From the NCBI RefSeq assembly GCF_006345805.1, contig NW_021827407.1, positions 1 to 10,467 on the forward strand: a stretch of 10,467 bases of DNA, in the 5' to 3' direction. The DNA comes from Octopus sinensis (lineage: Eukaryota). A program made the translations under genes and the position numbers. The notes under the pieces were generated by a model. The model was not told the origin of the DNA, made no database searches, and saw only the letters and a program-made list of their open reading frames with translations. This document shows, one piece after another, positions 1 through 6,766 of the stretch (position 1 is the first letter of the stretch; each line of letters opens with the position of its first letter).

Positions 1-28
1 ACTGAAACAAGTAAAATAATAAGAGAGT
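1..28 (+). mobile_element. 3' tail of a SINE cut by the window edge (same family as 6767-7208)
   Basis: ACTGAAACAAGTAAAA at 1-16 matches the 3' end of the copy at 6767-7208 (GACTAAAACAAGTAAAAGAG) and the reverse complement of 4280-4296. Confidence 0.6.
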
Positions 29-170
29 ATAAAAAATGCCTTCTGATATTTTCATTACACACGCTTCTCAAAAACTCACAGGACCTCTCTATGAAACTTT
101 CACTAAAGTAGTGACCTTTTACCAACATTCTCTCCATCCAGGGTTTGACCCTAGTCTCCAGTAGCTCTAC

Positions 171-555
171 ATAATAATAATAATAATAAAGCATTGTGTA
201 CAGTGCTCAGGTGCACTACAACTCATCTAAAGTGTATGTATAATCAGGTGTAGTTTCGGCAGATTTCAGAAAGCATGAGGGCCTTAAAGGATGCAGTGTC
301 ATGGCAGTCAACAACTGACGCAGGCAGTTTGTTCCATGCTTCAGCAACTCTGAGCGTGAAAAAATGTTTCCAAAAGTCATGGGAGCTGTGTTGTTTTATG
401 ACGTTGTAGGCATGTCCATGTGTGTTGGACATATGGAGATCAAAAAGGTGTTCAGTGTTGTTGTTGGTGAGGTGGTTGATAACTTTGTGGGTGTTTACCA
501 AGTCCATCGCCAGACGCCGAAGCTTCAGTGTATCCATGCTCAGGGAAACAAGGCG
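171..555 (-). mobile_element. 5'-truncated CR1/L2-group LINE 3' end with (TTA)n tail
   Basis: The minus strand encodes a reverse-transcriptase C-terminus, followed by about 55 nt of 3' UTR and a (TTA)n tail (171-189, read as (ATA)n on +). Confidence 0.85.
244..555 (-). pseudogene. C-terminal fragment of CR1-type LINE ORF2 (post-RT region)
   Basis: RLVSLSMDTLKLRRLAMDL...THGHAYNV...KHFFTLRVAEAWNKLPASVV matches the CR1 ORF2 end pattern RL..L.L.TLE.RR...DL...TRGH..K....FFS.RVV..WN.LP..VV. The first 21 aa of ORF 244..618 show no such similarity and are probably read-through into flank. Confidence 0.85.
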
Positions 556-789
556 CAAATTGTCTGAATGAATCCCAAGACCCTGGTTATGGATGACAAA
601 TGTGTGCTGGGGACACATCCAAAGACCATTATAGTTTGGGGAATTTTGATTTAAATGATAAGTGGGACATCACATGGGTTGCAGGTAAGCAACCTATAGT
701 TCTGGGTGATGCGCAGCTGGTCCTGGCAGAAGTTCTTTTCGTCGTGCTGCAAAGTGGGTTCCTCCCACTGGTGTGATAGGTGACTGCCA

Positions 790-1604
790 TTGAACTCAGA
801 ACGTAATGGCAGATGAAATACCTATTTCCTTATTACCCACAAGGGGCTAAACACAGAGGAGACAAACAAGGACAGACATAGGTATTAAGTCGATTACATC
901 GACCCCAGTGCGTAACTGGTACTTAATTTATCGACCCCGAAAGGATGAAAGGCAAAGTCGACCTCGGCAGAATTTGAACTCACAACGTAACGCAGACGAA
1001 ATACCTATTTCTTTACTACCCACAAGTGGCTAAACACAGAGGGGACAAACAAGGACAGACATAGGTATTAAGTCGATTACATCGACCCCAGTGCGTAAGT
1101 GGTACTTAATTTATCGACCCCAAAAGGATGAAAGGCAAAGTCGACCTCGGCGGAATTTGAACTCAGAACATAGCGGCAGACGAAATACCTATTTCTTTAG
1201 TACCTACAAGGGGCTAAACACAGAGGGGACAAACAAGGACAGATATAGGTATTAAGTCGATTACATCGACCCCAGTGCGGAACTGGTACTTAATTTATCG
1301 ACCCCGAAAAGATGAAAGGCAAAGTCGACCTCGGTAGAATTTGAACTCAGAACGTAAAGACAGACGAAATACCTATTTCTTTACTACCCACAAGGGGCGA
1401 AACACAGAGGGGACAAACAAGGACAGACATAGGTATTAAGTCGATTACATCGACCCCAGTGCGTAACTGGTACTTAATTTATCGACCCCGAAAGGATGAA
1501 AGGCAAAGTCGACCTCGGCGGAATTTGAACTCAGAATGTAACAGCAGAAGAAATGCCGCTAAGCATTTCGCCCGGCATGCTAACGTTTCTGCCAGCTCAC
1601 CACC
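790..1604 (-). mobile_element. tRNA-derived SINE with one head and four tandem 183-184 bp body units plus a 33-bp partial unit
   Basis: Units lie at 823-1005, 1006-1189, 1190-1373 and 1374-1557, with a partial unit at 790-822. The single head (1558-1604) has an A-box-like TGGCAGAAACG, and units carry a B-box-like GAGTTCAAATTC. The central GTCGACTTTGCCTTTCATCCTTTCGGGGTCGATAAATTAAGTACC resembles the Meta-SINE domain as I recall it. Confidence 0.9.
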
Positions 1605-2066
1605 ATTCACAACACCTACTGTGTCCCTTCCTGCTGGCCACAGCTTTGTAGTCTCAGTTGCAGCTGTCCATATCGCATCTTACAGTCTTTGCAGTGTCCA
1701 CAGATTATTGAGCAGCAATCATGATGTCAGCATATTAATACCTAGCATAAACCATCATGATACAGGTAACTCTTTCCCAATATTCAGGTGGCTTCCAGTC
1801 CTCCATGTCTGCGAATTTTATCTCACCTGCAATCTTAACTTCTATGTTCTTCAACTTTGCTGAGTGTTCACCAATACAAGAAGCCGTTTCTCATAGAGGA
1901 GACATAGAAATCCATTAAATTTAGCCTGAAACCCCTGTGCGTTTATATGAAAGTGTTAATAATTCAACTGTCAATTCATCTGACAGTGTTTATATCGTAC
2001 ACGTTGGTCATATTTATATGACATGGCATTTATATCAACAGATATTTTAAACTGGAATGAAGCTAA

Positions 2067-2108
2067 CTGGAATTTAATGGAAAGTATAATGTAAAATGAT
2101 GCGCACAC

Positions 2109-2195
<87 letters not shown>

Positions 2196-2397
2196 AGAGA
2201 GAGAGCATATGCTGCTATCAACATTATTCTTGTTTAAGACAATAAATTCCCAGGAAAATGACCATTCCGAAATACAACAATATAATAAAAACTATTTTCC
2301 ATTAATCTGAGAGTTCTCTCTATATTTTTGTAGAGTATGAATTTATTAGTCTTAAACAAGAATAATGTTGATAGCAGCATATGCTCTCTCTCTCTCT

Positions 2398-2448
<51 letters not shown>

Positions 2449-2500
2449 GTGTGCGCATCATTTTACATTATACTTTATTATACTTTCCATTAAATTCCAG
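2067..2500. repeat. Long inverted duplication (arms 2067-2249 and 2339-2500, 89-bp spacer) containing (GT)n(GA)n microsatellites
   Basis: The arms are reverse complements. They differ in microsatellite length, by a 1-nt indel near 2348, and by a 10-bp tandem duplication in the right arm (about 2469-2488). Confidence 0.95.
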
Positions 2501-2589
2501 ATTAAATCAATATCTTCAGAAAGATATATATGTGTGTAGAAAAACCTGGGTTTTTTAGTAATATATATTTTATAATATATTATTATTGT

Positions 2590-2940
2590 TGTTATATTTC
2601 GGAATGGTCATTTTCCCAGTTTAGCCAATAAAAACACATGCACTATATATTTGGTGTTACTTCCCTTCAGCGTTATTCATTTTTTACATTAATCTTAATC
2701 TTATTTCGGCCAGAGTTCTTTCGTCACACTCCTGTAACCTCATCAGTGGTCCTTTGCTTTCTTCTTTCTTATTTGTGTGTCTCTCCTTACTAACGGTCAG
2801 CCATTTTGTATTTTGTATTCCTATTGTGTGTGTCTTCATTTACACATAAGTATACCTCTATGTGTGTCTATGTTTAGTTAGTATGTGTGTTTGTGGGGGA
2901 AGTGCCTGTAATATTTGTATCTCCTGTTTATATACGTTCG
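2590..2940 (-). mobile_element. Probable Penelope-like element pseudo-LTR remnant carrying a hammerhead
   Basis: It contains the hammerhead fold at 2708-2752 and a TATATAAA at 2927-2934 (minus strand). It starts where the mariner fragment breaks off (2940/2941). No RT or GIY-YIG coding sequence is visible, so the class and boundaries are inferred. Confidence 0.5.
2708..2752 (-). ncRNA. Minimal type I hammerhead ribozyme fold (HHR-1)
   Basis: Minus strand: GGACCA CUGAUGA G GUUACA GGAG UGUGAC GAAA G AA C UC UGG CC. Stem I is CCA/UGG (plus GG/CC across a bulge). The core CUGAUGA and GAAA are intact. Stem II is 6 bp with one G-U; stem III is AG/CU with a 2-nt loop. The predicted cut is after C at 2713 (CUC triplet). 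Confidence 0.8.
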
Positions 2941-3087
2941 TGTAAGGTCTGGTGAATATGGTAGATGACAGAGTACTTCCAAGTTCAGTTCCTCTAACTT
3001 GAGCGGCATTCTTTATGCAACATGTGGTTCAGCATTGTCTTGCAAGAAAATTGGCCTGTCTCTAGTGACTAATCTCAGGTGCTTAAT
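2941..3087 (-). pseudogene. mariner transposase catalytic-domain fragment
   Basis: Manual translation: IKHLRLVTRDRPIFLQDNAEPHVA*RMPLKLEELNLEVLCHLPYSPDLT. It shows the mariner DNA(R)PH and HPPYSPDL motifs, has an in-frame stop at 3013-3015, and ends just before the third catalytic Asp. Confidence 0.85.
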
Positions 3088-3176
3088 TATATTATAACTG
3101 AACATATATCTTTGTTTTTATGTTTTGTTATAATAATAAAGAAATAATTATAATTAAGCATAAAAACACACATTAA

Positions 3177-3397
3177 CACTTTTGTTACCAACTTGGCTGA
3201 AACCACCTCTGGTTCTGTAGTACAAATGTCTTGTTTTCATAAGTTCTGACTTAAAATCTTCCACCAAACCTTAGTCACAGTTTATGTTCCTAACACCAGC
3301 TGAATGATAACTAAGTTATTTTACTAAATTCTTTGTTATATTTAAAGTAATTGAAAGAAACACAGAGCATTTCAACAGAAATATGGTAACAAAAGGG
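3177..3397. mobile_element. TTAA-flanked MITE, piggyBac-like termini, copy 1 (221 bp)
   Basis: TTAA at 3173-3176 and 3398-3401. TIRs CACTTTTGTTACC / GGTAACAAAAGGG match at 12/13. No coding capacity. Confidence 0.8.
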
Positions 3398-3421
3398 TTA
3401 AAGTCACCATGATATTTTAAA

Positions 3422-3638
3422 CCCTTTTGATACCAACCCAGCTGAAACTGCACCTGGTTCTGTAATACAAATGTCTTGTTTTCAAAAGTTCTGACTTAAA
3501 ATCTTCCACCAAACCTTAGTCACAATTTATGTTCCTAACACTAGATTAATGATAAGTTATTTTACTAAATTCTTTGTTATATTTAAAGTAATTGAAAGAA
3601 GCACAGAGCATCTCAAAATAAATACAGTAACGAAAGGG
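3422..3638. mobile_element. TTAA-flanked MITE, copy 2 (217 bp), same family and orientation
   Basis: TTAA(A) at 3417-3421 and TTAA at 3639-3642. TIRs CCCTTTTGATAC / GTAACGAAAGGG match at 10/12. It aligns along its length with copy 1. Confidence 0.8.
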
Positions 3639-3708
3639 TTAACATACATATCAGGTCATTAGGAATAAAATGTCTGATTTTGAACTGATAGTTTATTTTA
3701 ATTTCTCT

Positions 3709-4003
3709 CAAACAAATTGACCTCAGGACGTATTCTTTATAAGCCTAGTACTTATTCTATTGGTCTCTTTTGCCAAACAGCTAAGTTTCGGGGATGTAAA
3801 CACACCAACATCAGTTCTCAAATGATGTATGTGTGTGTGTGTGGGGGGGACAAACACAGACACACAAATACATACATACATATATATATGACGAAATTCT
3901 TTCAGATTACATCTACCAAATCCACTCACAAGGCTTTGGTCAGCTCATGGCTATAGTAGAAGACACTTGCCCAAGGTGCCACGCAGCGGGACTGAACTTG
4001 AAA
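3709..4003 (-). mobile_element. Older CORE-like tRNA SINE, 3' and central part, split by an insertion
   Basis: Diverged match to 4330-4620 and to the reverse complement of 6815-7135. It stops at GGACTGAACTTGAAA and resumes at 5097. Confidence 0.85.
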
Positions 4004-4040
4004 GATAATAGAATACATCTAAGATTGTATTAAAAAAAGA

Positions 4041-4266
4041 AAAACTCTGTGAAAATGTAATTCGAAATCCTGAAAATGTAATTTGAAATTCTGTAAAATG
4101 TTGTTGAAATTCTGTGATATGTAAGTTTGAAATTATGTACTTTGAATTGAGAAAAGTAATTTTTTGAAGCTCTGTAAAATGTGTGTTGAAGTTTTGGGAT
4201 ACGTATATTCGAAATTTGTTTTGAAAATGTACTTTGAAATGTTGAAAAAGGTATTATTGAAACTAT
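4041..4266 (+). repeat. Degenerate ~21-23 bp minisatellite (approx. ATTCTGTGAAAATGTAATTTGAA), continuing at 4877-4925
   Basis: About ten units end in TTGAA/TCGAA. One unit is split by the nested SINE (ACTAT | GTAGAATGTTTGTTGGAA). Confidence 0.7.
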
Positions 4267-4666
4267 ACTCTTTACTCTCTTTTACTTGTTTCAGTCATTT
4301 GACTGTGGCCATGCTGGAGCACCGCCTTTAATCGAGCAACTCAACCCCGGCACTTATTCTTTGTAAGCCCAGTACTTATTCTATCGGTCTCTTTTGCCGA
4401 ACCGCTAAGTGACGGGGACATAAACACACCAGCATCAGTTGTCAAGCAATGCTAGGGGGACAAACACAGACACACACATACATATATATATATACACATA
4501 TATACGAAGGGCTTCTTTCAGTTTCCATCTACCAAATCCACTCACAAGGCTTTGGTCGGCCCGAGGCTATAGTAGAAGACACTTGCCAAGGTGTCATGCA
4601 GTGGGACTGAACCCGGAACCATGTGGTTGGTAAACAAGCTACTTACCACACAGCCACACCTGCGCC

Positions 4667-4667
<1 letters not shown>
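4267..4667 (-). mobile_element. Full-length CORE-like tRNA SINE
   Basis: It is the reverse complement of the family at 6767-7208, with head AGGCGCAGG, A/B-box-like motifs, an internal (AT)n and a (GTAAAAGA)-like tail. Confidence 0.9.
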
Positions 4668-4706
<39 letters not shown>

Positions 4707-4713
4707 TATATAT

Positions 4714-4876
4714 GACGGGCTTCTCTCAGTTTCCGTCTACCAAATCCACTCACAAGGCTTTGGTCGGCCCGAGGCTATAGTAGAAGACACTTGCCCAAGG
4801 TGCTATGCAGTGGGACTGAACCCGGAACTATGTGGTTGGTAAGCAAGCTACTTACCACACAGCCACTCCTGCGCCT
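4714..4876 (-). mobile_element. Extra 5' half (head) of the same SINE, joined through (AT)n
   Basis: A 163-bp near-copy of 4506-4667, separated from it by (AT)n at 4668-4713. It has no 3' half of its own. Confidence 0.9.
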
Positions 4877-5096
4877 ATGTAGAATGTTTGTTGGAATTTT
4901 GTGGAAAAAACTGCCGAAAATGTAACCACTCGATTCTGGGGATCTAGTGGACATTTACACCTCATTGTAAATATCTTTTCATAATTCATTATTATTTTTT
5001 ATTTTTTCTTGTCTTGTCATTCGCTTTTGTTATTTTAAGTTCCCCGGATGTGCTGTCCAATTCTGTATATAACCTTTATGGTGAATAAAAAAATCA

Positions 5097-5160
5097 GGAC
5101 TGAACTTGAAACCAAGTCGTTGTGAAGCAAGCTTCTTACCAAACATGCACACCTGCACCT
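5097..5160 (-). mobile_element. 5' head of the split SINE (continuation of 3709-4003)
   Basis: It begins with the TSD copy and ends in CCTGCACCT, a diverged version of the family 5' end CCTGCGCCT. Confidence 0.8.
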
Positions 5161-5174
5161 ATATACATGTGTAT

Positions 5175-5614
5175 ATGGTTTTAGAGGTTATCAGCAATGA
5201 AGTACATGTGATGCCTCCTTACTTCTTTCCACAAGGCCTTAGCGTTAACTTTTCCACCTTCATTAAGGTCCTGGAAATAATTGTCAAGCCCTGGATAGAT
5301 AGTGTATGCAATGGAAGGGCATATGTGTTTCAGTAAGACTCTGCACTATCACACATGGCTTTAGTGACAAAGGAATTGATCCACGATCACATGACCCCTA
5401 ACATTTGGCCTCCTAATTCCCCAGATCTCAATCCATTTGGAGCATTGTTGAGAGAGAGGTCAACGAACATGCCCATAACACCAAAGATTCTTTGAAGGCT
5501 GCCATAGTCAGAGTAATGTCCAAAATTAACCAGGACCACTTGATTCGAGCATGTAGATGATTTAGATCTCATATAGAAGCAGTTGTTGAAGCTGAAGGTG
5601 GCTTTATTGAATAA
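5175..5614 (+). pseudogene. IS630-Tc1-mariner transposase C-terminal half, maT/DD37D-like
   Basis: MVLEVISNEVHVMPPYFFPQGL...KPWIDSVCNGRAYVFQ*DSALSH...IWPPNSPDLNP, then a frameshift to WSIVEREVNEHAHNTKDSLKAAIVRVM...IEAVVEAEGGFIE*. Stops occur at 5334-5336 and in the last segment, and the third catalytic Asp is deleted. The DD spacing cannot be measured, so the subfamily rests on motif recall. Confidence 0.85.
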
Positions 5615-5676
5615 CATTATAGAAAAGAAGGTTTACTTTTATCCTCATAACATTTTTTGATAAATAAAGTTATTAT

Positions 5677-5882
5677 TACGGAGATGTACTTGCATAGCAA
5701 GTGACTTGATCTGAGATCGTGTGCTAGAACGAAAACAATTGCAGCGTGGAAGGTGTTTACAAGCAATTTAAGAAACACACAAAACCGTTAGATTCACTTC
5801 AACATTTAAGTTTAATTTGTCAAAATATTTTCGTCGCTTTGGGACCGCGACCTGTTCACTGACAAAAATTCGCGCTGCATCT
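5677..5882 (-). mobile_element. 206-bp hammerhead-bearing insertion (retrozyme-like or Penelope pLTR-like) with putative 8-bp TSD
   Basis: GTTATTAT flanks it at 5669-5676 and 5883-5890, downstream of the transposase stop codon. It contains HHR-2. Confidence 0.6.
5816..5866 (-). ncRNA. Minimal type I hammerhead ribozyme fold with G3:C8 core variant (HHR-2)
   Basis: Minus strand: UUUGUCA GUGAACA G GUCGC GGUCCCAAA GCGAC GAAA A UA U UU UGACAAA. Stem I is 7 bp and stem II is 5 bp, both perfect. Stem III and its loop form the palindrome AAUAUU. The predicted cut is between 5823 and 5822 (UUU triplet). Confidence 0.75.
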
Positions 5883-5900
5883 GTTATTATCTGTTATTAT

Positions 5901-6398
5901 ATCATCATCATCATTTAGCGTCCGCTTTCCATGCTAGCATGGGTTGGACGGTTCAACTGGGGTCTATGAAGCCAGAAGGCTGCATCAGGCCCAGTCTGAA
6001 CAGGCAGTGTTTCTACGGTTAGATGCCCTTCCTATCGCCAACCACTCCGTGAGTGTAGTAGGTGCTTTTTACGTGCCACCCGCACAGGTGCCAGACGGAG
6101 CAGGCAAACGGCCACGGACGGATGGTGCTTTTTACGTGCCACCGGCATGGGGGCCAGGCGAGGCTGGCAACGGCCACGATCGGATAGTGCTTTTTACGTG
6201 TCACCGGCACGGGGGCCAGGCGAGGCTTGCAACGGCCACGATCGGATAGTGCTTTTTAAGTACCACCGGCACGGGGGCCAAGCGAGGCTTGCAATGACCA
6301 CGATCGGATGGTGCTTTTTATGTGCCACCGGCACGGGGGCGAGGCAAGGCTGGCAACGGCCACCATCAGATGGTGCTTTTTACGTGCCACCGGCACGG
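5901..6398 (-). mobile_element. Third SINE-like retroposon family, 3' part with (ATG)n tail and internal tandem amplification
   Basis: (CAT)4 at 5903-5914 is the tail on the minus strand. A perfect palindrome CCATGCTAGCATGG (5929-5942) lies next to it. The GATGCCCTTCCT motif near 6022 is one I recall from invertebrate SINE bodies. No tRNA-like head is seen. Confidence 0.65.
6061..6398. repeat. GC-rich 62-bp minisatellite, 5 units plus a 27-bp partial
   Basis: Units start at 6061, 6124, 6186, 6248, 6310 and 6372 (63, 62, 62, 62, 62 and 27 bp). The consensus contains the hairpin CGTGCC-ACC-GGCACG. Confidence 0.95.
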
Positions 6399-6420
6399 AA
6401 AAAGCATGGGGCGGCGCTGT

Positions 6421-6469
6421 TGTGTTTTTTATAAACATAAATCTGTCCTCAAATATCTTATGCACCCTG
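6421..6469 (+). mobile_element. Putative right terminus (TIR) of the 5175-5614 transposon
   Basis: It ends ...CTTATGCACCCTG. The reverse complement starts CAGGGTG, a terminus type I recall for Tc1/mariner-superfamily elements. The flank is TG rather than TA, and the partner TIR is not in the window. Confidence 0.45.
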
Positions 6470-6683
6470 TGTATTGTCTGTGTTTAGGTATTGAGTGCTT
6501 TTGTGCGTATGGGAGTGTGCCTGATGGTGTGTGGTTTGATGTACTGCGTGTGGCTGCTTGTATAGGGGTATGTTTGGTGATGCTATTGGAGATTGTGTGT
6601 GTGGGTGAGTGGATAACGGTGTGTGGTATGGGTGCTGAGGGGTGTTCTCGTTGGAACATGCCTGTGTCATACCAGATCCACTC

Positions 6684-6722
6684 AAACCATCCAACTTGTG
6701 CCAAAATGGTAAATGGATATTA
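6684..6722 (+). mobile_element. Possible old fragment of the 3' end of the 5901-6398 family
   Basis: AACCATCCAACTTGTGCCAAAATGGTAAATGGA aligns loosely, mostly by transitions, to the reverse complement of 5915-5953. Confidence 0.3.
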
Positions 6723-6766
6723 CCATTGGTAAAATGATTACATTGGTAAAATGATTTACCAATGGT

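Larger units (their letters stand above)
4004..5096. mobile_element. Unidentified 1093-bp insertion with 15-bp TSD (includes nested SINE sequence at 4267-4876)
   Basis: GGACTGAACTTGAAA occurs exactly at 3989-4003 and 5097-5111, and removing the insert restores a continuous SINE. Confidence 0.8.

Noticed and set aside
790-1557. Regular 184-bp repeats as a CRISPR array or a coding repeat (ORF 1459..1863)
   Set aside because: There are no unique spacers and the units are SINE bodies. The ORF starts at a non-ATG codon inside the SINE and resembles no protein I recognise.
1558-1604. tRNA-like heads (also 6767-6840) as tRNA genes
   Set aside because: They have A/B-box-like motifs but I could not fold a cloverleaf, and they run directly into SINE bodies.
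1608-1930. Complex sequence with protein-like minus-strand stretches (LLYEKRLLVL, KPPEYWERV) suggesting an old LINE or an exon
   Set aside because: The stretches are short, in different frames and interrupted by stops. Joining across the SINE array to 640-790 gave no recognisable protein. BLASTX would be needed.
3081-3167. Short inverted matches (3081-3095 vs 3144-3159; 3114-3122 vs 3159-3167) at the mariner fragment edge
   Set aside because: They are very AT-rich and short, so chance cannot be excluded.
3717-4842. Several 64-83 aa ORFs ending in EDTCPRC...GLNPE.CGW
   Set aside because: These are recurrent antisense translations of the same SINE family (also 6756..7028), not genes.
5944-6465. 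Overlapping ORFs of 63-101 aa
   Set aside because: They are translations of the SINE and the 62-bp minisatellite, which is not a multiple of 3.
6322-6732. ORFs of 136, 91 and 78 aa over a G/T-skewed stretch (about 6470-6660)
   Set aside because: Open frames on both strands are explained by compositional skew and low complexity; there is no recognisable domain.
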